DNA of 64,000 nucleotides from Terriglobia bacterium (GCA_963740615.1 CAVUEZ010000002.1:53463-117462), one strand, 5' to 3'; shown: positions 17,766-26,752, counted from the first letter of the stretch. A program made the numbers and translations. Notes: a model not told the origin generated them from the letters alone.

Positions 17766-20700
17766 ATGGCAACTGATCGCGCAGCCCCTTACATACTCGG
17801 TTTAGATTTGGGCGTTTCGTCCATCGGGTGGGCACTTCTGGATCGCAGTGGCGAGCGATTCGTAGCATGCGGCGTCCGAGTCTTCGAATCGGGCATGGAT
17901 GAAAACAAATTCGCAAGAGGCGAACAGGGAGCTTCAAACAATGTCACACGCCGAGTGGCCCGATTGCACCGACGCCAACTTCGTCGGCGCGCAGCCCGTC
18001 AGCGCGAATTGTTCATCACGCTGCAGGGTGCCGGGTTGCTGCCGGCCGAACCGCAAGGAGGAAGGCCCGAGAATCGGCACAGCATCCTGACAGCGCTTGA
18101 TTTACGGCTGGCAAGGGACTGGCGCGAACGCATTCGAGCCGAGCACCCCTCCATCGTGGCGCCGGAACACGTGTTGCCGTACTTCTTGCGCTCCCAAGCG
18201 CTCGATCACCCGCTCGAAGCGCATGAACTGGGCCGCGCGCTCTACCATCTTGGACAGCGGCGCGGATACAAGAGCAATCGCAAAGACGACATCCCGCTGG
18301 ACGAACTTGAGACAGGCGGGCCAGTTAATAAGAAGAAGAAAGGGGCTCCGGCTGCCGCTGATGATGCCAAGAAGGTGCTGGCCGAAATAGCGGGTCTGGA
18401 AGGCGAAATCGCCGCTTCGGGTGCCCGTACAATAGGCGAGTTCCTATCGCGCATGGACCCTGCGGCGGCACGAATCCGCACCCGACATACCAGTCGTGCA
18501 ATGTTCGAGAATGAATTCGAAAAGATCTGGTCAGCGCAGGCAAAGCATCCTTCGACGGTCCTTACGGCAGAATTGAAAATGCGCGTGCACAAGCTGATGT
18601 TCGATCAGCGGCCCATTTCCGCCGGCAAGCCCGGTATGTGCGAATTGGAGCATGACTGCCAACGCGCCCACATGTATACCTTGGGGGCACAGCGGTTCCG
18701 CTTGATGCAAAAGGTGAACGACCTTGCCGTCGTGCGAGCGGATCGCAGCCGGGAGCGACTCAGCGCAGAGCAGCGCAGTCGCATCGCCCGTCAGCTCCAA
18801 GACGAAGGTGACATGACGTTTCGCCAGCTGCGTGCGTTCCTTGGTCTACCCAAAACATCGAAGTTCAACCTCGAAATCGACGATGAAGAAAACAAAATTG
18901 CGGGTAATCGCACCAATACCGTAATGCTGCGCGCGTTCGGCAATCGCTGGAGCGAGTTCACGGAGGGCGAGCGGAAGCACATAGTGCGCCTCTGGGCCGA
19001 CGCTGATCACGCTGCTGACGTCGAGAAGCTGGCACTGGAGGAATGGAAGGTCGGCGGTGATCAGGCGCACCAGCTTGCGCTATCGAAGCCGGAGCGGGGT
19101 TACGCGAGACTCTCCTTGCATGCGATCTCTAGGCTATTGGAGCGAATGGAGACCGGGGAGCACTTCAAAACCGCGGAAGCGCAGCTTTATCCGGACCGTT
19201 TCTCCGGTGAAGAGGAGAAAAACGAGCTGCCGCCAGTCGAAGATGTGTTGCCATTGATTCCCAACCCCGCGGTCATGCGTGCGCTCAGCGAGTTGCGCAA
19301 GGTGGTGAACGCCATCGTGCGGGAGTACGGCAAGCCTGAACAAGTGCGGGTCGAGCTGGCGCGCGATCTGAAACGCAGCGCCAAGGACCGCCAGCACCTC
19401 ACCGACGTGATGGAGGACAACCGAAAACGGCGCGCTAAAGTGGTCGTTCGCATTCAGACGAAAGCAGGAAATTCCAATCCTTCCGGCCGCGACATCGAAA
19501 AAGGTCTGCTCTTTGAGGAACTCCAGGAGTGCGCCTACTGCGGGAATACGATCAGCTTCTCTAATCTGTTCTCCCCCGCTCCCCTGTTTGATGTGGACCA
19601 CATCATTCCCCGCAGCCGTTTCCACGACAACTCCTTCAGCAACAAGACCCTCGCCTGCAACTCCTGCAATGCGCAGAAAACCAACCGCACTCCCTTTGAG
19701 GCGTTCGGGTCCGATACCAAACGCTGGGCAGAAATCGTGGTGCGCGTGAGCCGCAAGCGGCGCGTCGGCAAGTTTGACCGCTTCGCGTTGGGTAACGACA
19801 AAGTTAAGAGATTGCTGCTCGGAAGCCCCGATGCGTTGCGACTGTGGCCCAATGATTCGCAGACGGTCGAGGATTTCTCCGCTCGCCATCTAGCCGACAC
19901 TCGCTATATCACCAAGCTGGCCGCCCGCTACCTAGAAGAACTCTACGGCGGGCGCGACCGCCAACTACCTTGGGAAGATCAGAACCGGCGCTGCGTTTTC
20001 GCTTCTTCCGGTATGGTCACCTACACCTTGCGCAAGGCCTGGGGCCTGAATGCGCTTCTGCCAGAGCCTGAAGACAAAAAGATTAAAGGGGAAAAGACGC
20101 GCGCTGACCACCGCCACCACGCCATCGATGCAATGGTCATCGCCCTCAGCAGCCAGTCGGCGATTCAGCAGTTAAGCGCGGCGGCAGCCGCCGGTGACGG
20201 ACGAATCGCCGAACGGGTTTCTTCTCGGACATTGCAGGCCCCGTGGGAGAATTTTGTTGGCCGTATCCGTCCGCTAATTGAGAGACTCGTGGTCTCCCAT
20301 CGGCCTAACCACAAGCTGAACGGGCCGCTCCACGATGAGACCAACTACAGTCCGGAACACGAAGCTGCGGGGAAGAAGGTCATTCACATTCGGAAGCCTG
20401 TGCACATCCTTACGTCTGCGCAAATAGCTGCCATTGTGGACCGAAAGGTTCGGGATGCGGTGCTGGCGAAGGTCCGAGAATTCGCCGGCGACGTAAAGAA
20501 ACTTGAACACAATCCGGCAACTCTCACGACGAGTCGCGGCAAACAAACCAAGATCTATAGAGCACGGATACGCGATGTCAAGTCAGTTACGCACCTCGCT
20601 GCGCCACCTCGCGAGCGTTACGTGATTACCAATGAGAACCATCACATCACGATTATTGCGGAGTTGAATGCGAGCGGCGCCGAGAAACGCTGGGATGGAG

Positions 20701-21059
20701 AACTCGTTACCCGCCTGGACGCGATGCGTTCCAAGAAGCGTCGGCCACCAAGCCTCAAGAAGGAGTACAACGTCGCTGCGGGCGTACTCTTCAAGTTTAC
20801 TTTGCGAGGCGGCGATACCATCGAGATAGACGATGGGGACACAGCCCCGAGCCGGTCTATTCACGTCGTCAGAACCATTAGCGAAGACAAACGCGGGTAC
20901 TTGAAAATAGAGCTGGCGGGATCGCGTGATGCGCGGCTGAAAAAAGTGATACAGGCGGCGGGCTCTTGGATGAGCAAGAGTCCGAACGAGCTGCGCAAGC
21001 TTCATTGCCGGAAAGTAATGATCGATCCCTTGGGCCGCGTACGGAGCGCCAATGATTGA
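17766..21059 (+). CDS. cas9: Cas9, type II-C
   Basis: RuvC-I ILGLDLGVSSIGWAL. Arg-rich bridge helix RRVARLHRRQLRRRAARQ. HNH DVDHIIPRS...NKTLACNSCNAQK. RuvC-III HRHHAIDAMVIAL. 1097 aa from ATG 17766; the track ORF starts at 17733. Confidence 0.95.
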   Translation: MATDRAAPYILGLDLGVSSIGWALLDRSGERFVACGVRVFESGMDENKFARGEQGASNNVTRRVARLHRRQLRRRAARQRELFITLQGAGLLPAEPQGGRPENRHSILTALDLRLARDWRERIRAEHPSIVAPEHVLPYFLRSQALDHPLEAHELGRALYHLGQRRGYKSNRKDDIPLDELETGGPVNKKKKGAPAAADDAKKVLAEIAGLEGEIAASGARTIGEFLSRMDPAAARIRTRHTSRAMFENEFEKIWSAQAKHPSTVLTAELKMRVHKLMFDQRPISAGKPGMCELEHDCQRAHMYTLGAQRFRLMQKVNDLAVVRADRSRERLSAEQRSRIARQLQDEGDMTFRQLRAFLGLPKTSKFNLEIDDEENKIAGNRTNTVMLRAFGNRWSEFTEGERKHIVRLWADADHAADVEKLALEEWKVGGDQAHQLALSKPERGYARLSLHAISRLLERMETGEHFKTAEAQLYPDRFSGEEEKNELPPVEDVLPLIPNPAVMRALSELRKVVNAIVREYGKPEQVRVELARDLKRSAKDRQHLTDVMEDNRKRRAKVVVRIQTKAGNSNPSGRDIEKGLLFEELQECAYCGNTISFSNLFSPAPLFDVDHIIPRSRFHDNSFSNKTLACNSCNAQKTNRTPFEAFGSDTKRWAEIVVRVSRKRRVGKFDRFALGNDKVKRLLLGSPDALRLWPNDSQTVEDFSARHLADTRYITKLAARYLEELYGGRDRQLPWEDQNRRCVFASSGMVTYTLRKAWGLNALLPEPEDKKIKGEKTRADHRHHAIDAMVIALSSQSAIQQLSAAAAAGDGRIAERVSSRTLQAPWENFVGRIRPLIERLVVSHRPNHKLNGPLHDETNYSPEHEAAGKKVIHIRKPVHILTSAQIAAIVDRKVRDAVLAKVREFAGDVKKLEHNPATLTTSRGKQTKIYRARIRDVKSVTHLAAPPRERYVITNENHHITIIAELNASGAEKRWDGELVTRLDAMRSKKRRPPSLKKEYNVAAGVLFKFTLRGGDTIEIDDGDTAPSRSIHVVRTISEDKRGYLKIELAGSRDARLKKVIQAAGSWMSKSPNELRKLHCRKVMIDPLGRVRSAND

Positions 21060-21999
21060 TCGCATCATAGACATCTCGGAGTCAGCGGCCACGCTGCATG
21101 TGCGCAATGCGCAGCTTGTCATCGAGCCGGAGGGCGGGCCGGCGGTGACCACGCCGCTGTCGGAGATTGCGGTGCTGGTCATTTCGCATCCGCGGGTGCT
21201 GATCACGCAGGCGGTGATCGCCGGGCTGGCGGAGCTGGGCGGATCGGTGGTCGTCTGTGACCAGAAATATCTGCCCACGGCGATGATGCTTCCGGTGCAG
21301 GCGCACAGCACCCAAGCGGAGCGCTTCGCCAGGCAAGCGCAGGCCTCGCTGCCCCGGCGCAAGCGGCTGTGGCAGCAGATTGTGCGCGCCAAGATTCGCC
21401 GGCAAGGCCGCTTGTTGCAGGAACTCCATGGCAGCGACGCGGGGCTGGCCGAGATGGCCGGGCGGGTCCGTTCCGGCGATGCCGGACAATCGGAGTCGCA
21501 GGCGTCGCGGCGCTACTGGCCGCTGCTCTTTGGCGATCCCAAGTTCCGGCGCGGCAGCGAGGGGCCAGACCAGAACACCCATCTCAACTACGGCTATGCC
21601 GTTCTGCGTGCGATTGTCGCCCGAGCCGTCTGTGCCGCCGGACTGCATCCCTCCTTCGGACTGAAGCACCACAACCGTTACGACGCTTTCTGCCTGGCCG
21701 ACGACCTGATGGAGCCGTTTCGCCCGCTGGTGGACCGGGCGGTGTATTTCTGGGTCCAGGACCACGATCCGAGGGAGCCGCTGGACAAGCATGCCAAGGC
21801 ACACCTGATCGGCGAAATCCAGCGGCGCTATGAATCCGCGGGAGAACAAAGAACCTTGTTCGACCTAGCAAGCAGTACGGCCTCCAGCTTGGCGCGCGCC
21901 CTGCTGGGCGAAAGCAATGCCCTCGAAATTCCGGATGTGAGCTATGTTGCCGCAACCGCTCTCCGCCTTTCGTCCTATGTGGCTGATGGCCATGTTTGA
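21052..21999 (+). CDS. cas1: Cas1 integrase
   Basis: Overlaps the cas9 stop by 8 nt. 315 aa. Conserved ..NYGYAVLRAIVARAVCAAGLHPSFGLKHHNRYDAFCLADDLMEPFRP.. core. Confidence 0.95.
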   Translation: MIDRIIDISESAATLHVRNAQLVIEPEGGPAVTTPLSEIAVLVISHPRVLITQAVIAGLAELGGSVVVCDQKYLPTAMMLPVQAHSTQAERFARQAQASLPRRKRLWQQIVRAKIRRQGRLLQELHGSDAGLAEMAGRVRSGDAGQSESQASRRYWPLLFGDPKFRRGSEGPDQNTHLNYGYAVLRAIVARAVCAAGLHPSFGLKHHNRYDAFCLADDLMEPFRPLVDRAVYFWVQDHDPREPLDKHAKAHLIGEIQRRYESAGEQRTLFDLASSTASSLARALLGESNALEIPDVSYVAATALRLSSYVADGHV

Positions 22000-22282
22000 T
22001 TTGCCGGTGGAAGACAAGCAAGACCGGCGCAATTACACGCGCTTCCGCAAGGTGCTGCTCAAGGACGGCTTCATGATGCTGCAACTCTCCGTCTATGCGC
22101 GTTACTTGCCGAGCGAGGAAGCCGCCGAGGCGCATCGAAAGACGGTGCGGGCCGCGGTGCCGCCGCTCGGCCAGGTGCGGGTAATCGCCGTGACTGACCA
22201 TCAGTTCGGCAAAATGGAAGTTTTCTATGGAAGAAAACCGCGAAAACCCGAGGAACCGCAGAGCCAGATGCTGCTTTTCTGA
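21977..22282 (+). CDS. cas2: Cas2
   Basis: MWLMAMFDLPVEDKQDRRNYTRFRKVLLKDGFMMLQLSVYARY is a typical type II Cas2. Overlaps the cas1 end. Confidence 0.9.
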   Translation: MWLMAMFDLPVEDKQDRRNYTRFRKVLLKDGFMMLQLSVYARYLPSEEAAEAHRKTVRAAVPPLGQVRVIAVTDHQFGKMEVFYGRKPRKPEEPQSQMLLF

Positions 22283-22284
22283 GG

Positions 22285-22327
22285 TTGGAAACAGGAAATC
22301 CCGCGTAAACTCAGGGGCTTACGCGGG
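22285..22327 (-). terminator. Candidate terminator of minus-strand pre-crRNA (hairpin plus U-rich tract)
   Basis: CCCGCGTAA-10 nt-TTACGCGGG (22300-22327). On the minus strand it is followed by ATTTCCTGTTTCC. Sits between the cas2 stop and repeat 1. Confidence 0.4.
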
Positions 22328-22331
22328 ACGG

Positions 22332-23100
22332 AGTGTACTTGAGCGGCGAATCTCGACCAACCCTAGCGACGACCGGGCGTCGTGGCAGGCAATGAATAGT
22401 GTACTTGAGCGGCGAATCTCGACCAACCCTAGCGCCGATGTGGTGACCTACCACGCGCCAGCACCAGTGTACTTGAGCGGCGAATCTCGACCAACCCTAG
22501 CACTCCGCCGGGTATTGCCGCAGGTGATCCGGCAGTGTACTTGAGCGGCGAATCTCGACCAACCCTAGCCGCAAGCTGGACCAGCGACTTCGGCCAGATC
22601 GAGTGTACTTGAGCGGCGAATCTCGACCAACCCTAGCCTGGTAAGTGGAATGATCCTGCAGGCGCAAGAGTGTACTTGAGCGGCGAATCTCGACCAACCC
22701 TAGCGGGCATACGAAGTATAGCTGGGCCATGGCAAGCAGTGTACTTGAGCGGCGAATCTCGACCAACCCTAGCTAAGGATGCTGCACCCATGACCACATA
22801 AAGTGTACTTGAGCGGCGAATCTCGACCAACCCTAGCCTCGGCGAGGACGGCTCCTTTTGTCAGCGAAGTGTACTTGAGCGGCGAATCTCGACCAACCCT
22901 AGCTTGGCGGACGCATGAATCTACGCGATGGAAGTGTACTTGAGCGGCGAATCTCGACCAACCCTAGCCACACCTACACCCTGAAAGCCAACACCGGCAG
23001 TGTACTTGAGCGGCGAATCTCGACCAACCCTAGCCTAACCGGCACCGGGCCGGTGCGTCTCCCCAGTGTACTTGAGCGGCGAATCTCGACCAACCCTAGC
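22332..23100 (-). CRISPR. CRISPR array, part A: 12 repeats of 36 bp
   Basis: Plus-strand repeat AGTGTACTTGAGCGGCGAATCTCGACCAACCCTAGC, identical in all copies. Spacers are 28-33 bp by my count. The minus strand is assigned from the tracrRNA orientation, which is an inference. Confidence 0.97.
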
Positions 23101-24715
23101 CTGGATTATTCACGATTGTTGTAGCCAAAAAGTTAAGGATGCTCTAAAAGGTGCATGAACACTGGGTTTGCGGACCCAGCATTCCCTTTCGGAGCATCCA
23201 TCGCTTGATACAAAGTGTTGTACCACAGCTGACCTTCTCGTTCCATCGCCAACAACTCATCCGAGCCGATTTTTCCGGCGGCCAGATCACCGGCGACGCC
23301 GGTCTCCTGCCCTTGCGCGCCTTCGATCAGCGCCATCATTTAACCCGCGATCTGGCCCAGCTCCTCAGCGATCCGCGGGAGGAGGATCGTGTCCGTCACG
23401 ACTCGCTGGCGCTGTTGCGGCAACGCATCTACCAGATCGTCGCCGGATACGAAGATGCCAATGACGCCGACCGCCTGCGCCACGATCCGCTGTTGCAGAT
23501 CGTCGCCGATCAGAAACTGGGAGAGGCGCTTGGCTCCCAGCCCACCCTCAGCCGCTGGGAGAATGCGCCTTCTGCCCGCGATCTGGTGCGCCTGAACGAC
23601 GCGCTGCTGGATCAGTTCCTCCGTCTCTGCGGCGAGCAAGTCCGCCAACGCGGCGAGATCCTGCTCGACATCGATTCCACCGACGATCCCACGCACGGCC
23701 AACAGCAACTGAGTTTCTTCAATGGCGCCTACGGCCAGCACATGTATCACCCCATGCTGGTCTTCGAGCGCCACACCGGCTGTCTGCTGGCGGCGCGGCT
23801 GCGGCCGGGGAACGCCTCCAGTCATGCCCGCATCATGCCCATGCTGCTGCGCTTGGTGCCGCGTTTGCAGTCGGCCTTCCCCGGCGTTCGGATCAAGCTG
23901 CGCGGCGACGCCGGTTTCGCTCTGCCGCTGCTCTACGAGTTCTGCGAGTTCTTCGGCATCCAGTACGCATTCGGCATTCCCGCCAACTGCGTTTTCCAGC
24001 GTCGCGCCGAGCCACGGCAGAAACGGTTGAAGCGATGCTATCGTCGTACCCAACTCCCGCAGCGCAGCTTCTCCAGCTTCCGCCATTGCGCCCGCAGTTG
24101 GTCGCACCAGCGCCGCATCTGCTACAAGGCCGAGCACACCGCAGTCGGCACCAACCTGCGCTTCCTGATCACCAACTGCGCCGGTCGCGCCTCCGAAGTC
24201 TTTGCTTTTTACAATGATCGCGGCGAGTGCGAGAACCGTATCGAGGAGTTCAAGAACGGCTTCCGCGCTGACCGGCTGAGCTGCCACCGTTTCCTGGCCA
24301 ATGCCTTCCGCCTGCTCTTGCACGGCTTCGCCTACAACCTGGTCAACCTGTTTCGGCTTCAGCTACCGCAGCCCTGGCGCTCGGCGCAGATCGAAACTCT
24401 GCGCGCACGGCTGTTCAAACTCGGAGCCCGCGTCCGTCAGACCGCTCGTTGCATTCGCATCCACCTGGCCACGGGGTGGCCTTTTCAATCTCTGTTCTAC
24501 GACGTTGCGGTGGCTTTCAACACCGGGTAACCAGCTCCCGCTCCGCGAACCTGATGAAACAGGCAGTCCGGGCGGAGCCGTCTCCAAAAATGCCCGCTGC
24601 GTTGCCGTCGTATCTCTTCGCCGCACAGAAAGTCTCATCCGACCTTCTCCTCGGCCTTCACAGCACGATGACCACTCCCGGGAGCGATCAGAACAGGTCT
24701 GGTGAATTAAGCAGG
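23100..24715 (+). mobile_element. IS1380-family insertion sequence inside the CRISPR array
   Basis: Imperfect terminal IRs CCTGGATTATTCAC (left) and CCTGCTTAATTCAC (reverse complement of the right end), 11/14 identical. CTAG(C) is duplicated at 23096-23100 and 24716-24720. Single DDE transposase ORF. About 1.6 kb. Confidence 0.85.
23151..24530 (+). CDS. IS1380-family DDE transposase
   Basis: FSGGQITGDAGLLPLRAFDQRHHLTRDLA...RQRIYQIVAGYEDANDADRLRHDPLLQ...DIDSTDDPTHGQQ...NDRGECENRIEEFKNGF is the characteristic IS1380 pattern. Confidence 0.85.
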   Translation: MHEHWVCGPSIPFRSIHRLIQSVVPQLTFSFHRQQLIRADFSGGQITGDAGLLPLRAFDQRHHLTRDLAQLLSDPREEDRVRHDSLALLRQRIYQIVAGYEDANDADRLRHDPLLQIVADQKLGEALGSQPTLSRWENAPSARDLVRLNDALLDQFLRLCGEQVRQRGEILLDIDSTDDPTHGQQQLSFFNGAYGQHMYHPMLVFERHTGCLLAARLRPGNASSHARIMPMLLRLVPRLQSAFPGVRIKLRGDAGFALPLLYEFCEFFGIQYAFGIPANCVFQRRAEPRQKRLKRCYRRTQLPQRSFSSFRHCARSWSHQRRICYKAEHTAVGTNLRFLITNCAGRASEVFAFYNDRGECENRIEEFKNGFRADRLSCHRFLANAFRLLLHGFAYNLVNLFRLQLPQPWRSAQIETLRARLFKLGARVRQTARCIRIHLATGWPFQSLFYDVAVAFNTG

Positions 24716-24750
24716 CTAGCTGAGATCGCAGAGAGTCATACCCGTCACCA

Positions 24751-25180
24751 AGTGTACTTGAGCGGCGAATCTCGACCAACCCTAGCGGAATTGTCCCAGA
24801 CCACAACATCATCGAAGTGTACTTGAGCGGCGAATCTCGACCAACCCTAGCGGACAGCCACGCCGGAATCGAGACCGAGGTAGTGTACTTGAGCGGCGAA
24901 TCTCGACCAACCCTAGCCACCTGATAGCAGATGACATCAACTGTCTAGTGTACTTGAGCGGCGAATCTCGACCAACCCTAGCGGACAGCCACGCCGGAAT
25001 CGAGTCCGAGGTAGTGTACTTGAGCGGCGAATCTCGACCAACCCTAGCCACCTGATAGCAGATGACATCAACCTGTCTAGTGTACTTGAGCGGCGAATCT
25101 CGACCAACCCTAGCCGTGCGCAGCAATTGAAGGACGCCGCGCAAAGTGTACTTGAGCGGCGAATCTCGACCAACCCTAGC
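24751..25180 (-). CRISPR. CRISPR array, part B: 7 repeats of 36 bp
   Basis: Same repeat as part A. The spacer at 24721-24750 joins it to the duplicated CTAGC. Spacers 14/16 and 15/17 are near-duplicates. Confidence 0.97.
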
Positions 25181-25218
25181 GCGATGATCGGAGCCGGAAA
25201 CCCGCCTCCGATCATCGC
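25181..25218. other. Perfect 13-bp-stem hairpin abutting the last repeat (candidate leader-junction or terminator element)
   Basis: GCGATGATCGGAG (25181-25193), 12-nt loop, CTCCGATCATCGC (25206-25218). Confidence 0.5.
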
Positions 25219-25372
25219 CACCGGTTAAAACCCGCTGTGGAAGGGCGCGGGACTGGACCATGCGTTCGCCCGCAGCCCGCCCGTTTGACCGCCCCGCTTC
25301 CCCCGCCTTATATTCAAACGTTGCAACCGTTTAACCGATTGCCGCAATTTTAGTGCAGGGACAGCACACTCT

Positions 25373-26710
25373 TTGAGCCCAACCGAGACCAACGCCGCCG
25401 TCCGCCGCGAGATCGAGGTCGAAATTCCCGCCGACATCGTTTCCCGCGAAACCGAGAACGTCATCCAGAAAATGCAGAAGGTCGCCCGCCTGCCCGGCTT
25501 CCGCCGCGGCAAGGTCCCCTCCAGCGTCATCCGCCAGCGCTTCGCCGAGGAAATCAAGAGCGAGGTGGTCGACGCCCTCGTTCCCCGCTACTTCCAGCAG
25601 GAGGCCGACAAGCAGGGCCTGCAGCCCGTCTCCCAGCCCCAGGTCACCAACCTCCACATCGCCGACGGCGAACCGCTCACCTTCAAGGCCAGCTTCGAGG
25701 TTCTTCCCGAAATCGAGGTCTCCGGATATCACGAGGTGCAGATCCCGAAACCCGATACCGCGGTCAGCGACCAGGAGGTGGAGGATTCGCTGAACCATCT
25801 CCGCGAGGAGCATGCCACCTTCACCGCCGTCGAGGACCGTGCGCTGGAGGACGGCGATTTCGCCCAGGCGGCGCTCGAGGGCATCCCCAGGAGTTCCGCG
25901 GGCGGGCCCGAAGAAGCCGTCGGCGGGGCGGCTTCCACCGACCCCGGGGGCGAAGGGCCAACGCAAGCAGCCAAGCCGGTGCACGTGGACGACGTGATGG
26001 TGGAAGTCGGCGGCAGCAACACGGTGCCCGAGTTTTCCGCCAACCTGCGCGGCGCCCGCCCCGGCGAGCAGCGCACCTTCGAGGTCTCCTATCCCCAGGA
26101 CTTCTCCGACCAGCGGCTGGCGGGCAAGACCTTCCAGTACACGGTTTCGCTGAAGGCCGTCAAGCGCAAGAACCTGCCCGAACTGAACGACGACTTCGCC
26201 AGGGAGTTGGGGCAATTCAGCGGGCTGGAGGAGTTGAAGCAGAAAATCCGCGAGGGCATCGAGCACGAAAAGCAGCACGCCGCCGAGCGCGAGGGCAAGG
26301 AGAAGATCCTGGACGAGCTCATCAAGCGCCACGAGTTCCCGGTGCCCGAGGCGCTGGTGGAGCACCAGGTCGATGTACGCCTGGAGCGCGGCCTGCGCGC
26401 CCTGGCCGCCCAGGGCATGCGCGCCGAGGACATGAAGAAGATGGATTTCAACCGCCTCCGCGCCGGCCAGCGCGAGGCTGCCACCCGCGAGGTCAAGGCG
26501 TCCTTGCTCCTGGACAAGATCGCCGACGCCGAGAACATCCAGGTCAGCGACGAGGAGATCGAGCAGGAAGTCCAGGCCCTGGCCGCGCAGAGCAAGCAGA
26601 CCGCCGAGGCGGTTCGCGCCCGTTTGACGCGTGAGGGCGCCCTCGATAGAATCCGGAACAGACTGCGCAACGACAAAGCCCTCGACTTTCTTTACCGCCG
26701 CTCCGCCTGA
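25373..26710 (+). CDS. tig: Trigger factor
   Basis: REIEVEIPADIVSRETENVIQKMQKVARLPGFRRGKVPSSVIRQRF is the canonical trigger factor N-terminus. A PPIase-region insert is present. Confidence 0.9.
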   Translation: MSPTETNAAVRREIEVEIPADIVSRETENVIQKMQKVARLPGFRRGKVPSSVIRQRFAEEIKSEVVDALVPRYFQQEADKQGLQPVSQPQVTNLHIADGEPLTFKASFEVLPEIEVSGYHEVQIPKPDTAVSDQEVEDSLNHLREEHATFTAVEDRALEDGDFAQAALEGIPRSSAGGPEEAVGGAASTDPGGEGPTQAAKPVHVDDVMVEVGGSNTVPEFSANLRGARPGEQRTFEVSYPQDFSDQRLAGKTFQYTVSLKAVKRKNLPELNDDFARELGQFSGLEELKQKIREGIEHEKQHAAEREGKEKILDELIKRHEFPVPEALVEHQVDVRLERGLRALAAQGMRAEDMKKMDFNRLRAGQREAATREVKASLLLDKIADAENIQVSDEEIEQEVQALAAQSKQTAEAVRARLTREGALDRIRNRLRNDKALDFLYRRSA

Positions 26711-26752
26711 ACCGCGGACGTGTGTGCAGGCCCCACGGAAGGAGCAATTTCC

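Noticed and set aside
22774-23145. Shared 11-nt string TTAAGGATGCT between spacer 7 and the left interior of the IS1380 element (possible self-targeting)
   Set aside because: The match is only about 11 nt out of a 28-nt spacer, which is consistent with chance.
22227-25261. Multiple 65-185-aa ORFs on both strands with recurring SVLERRISTNPS or GLVEIRRSSTL peptides
   Set aside because: They are translations of the CRISPR repeats, not genes.
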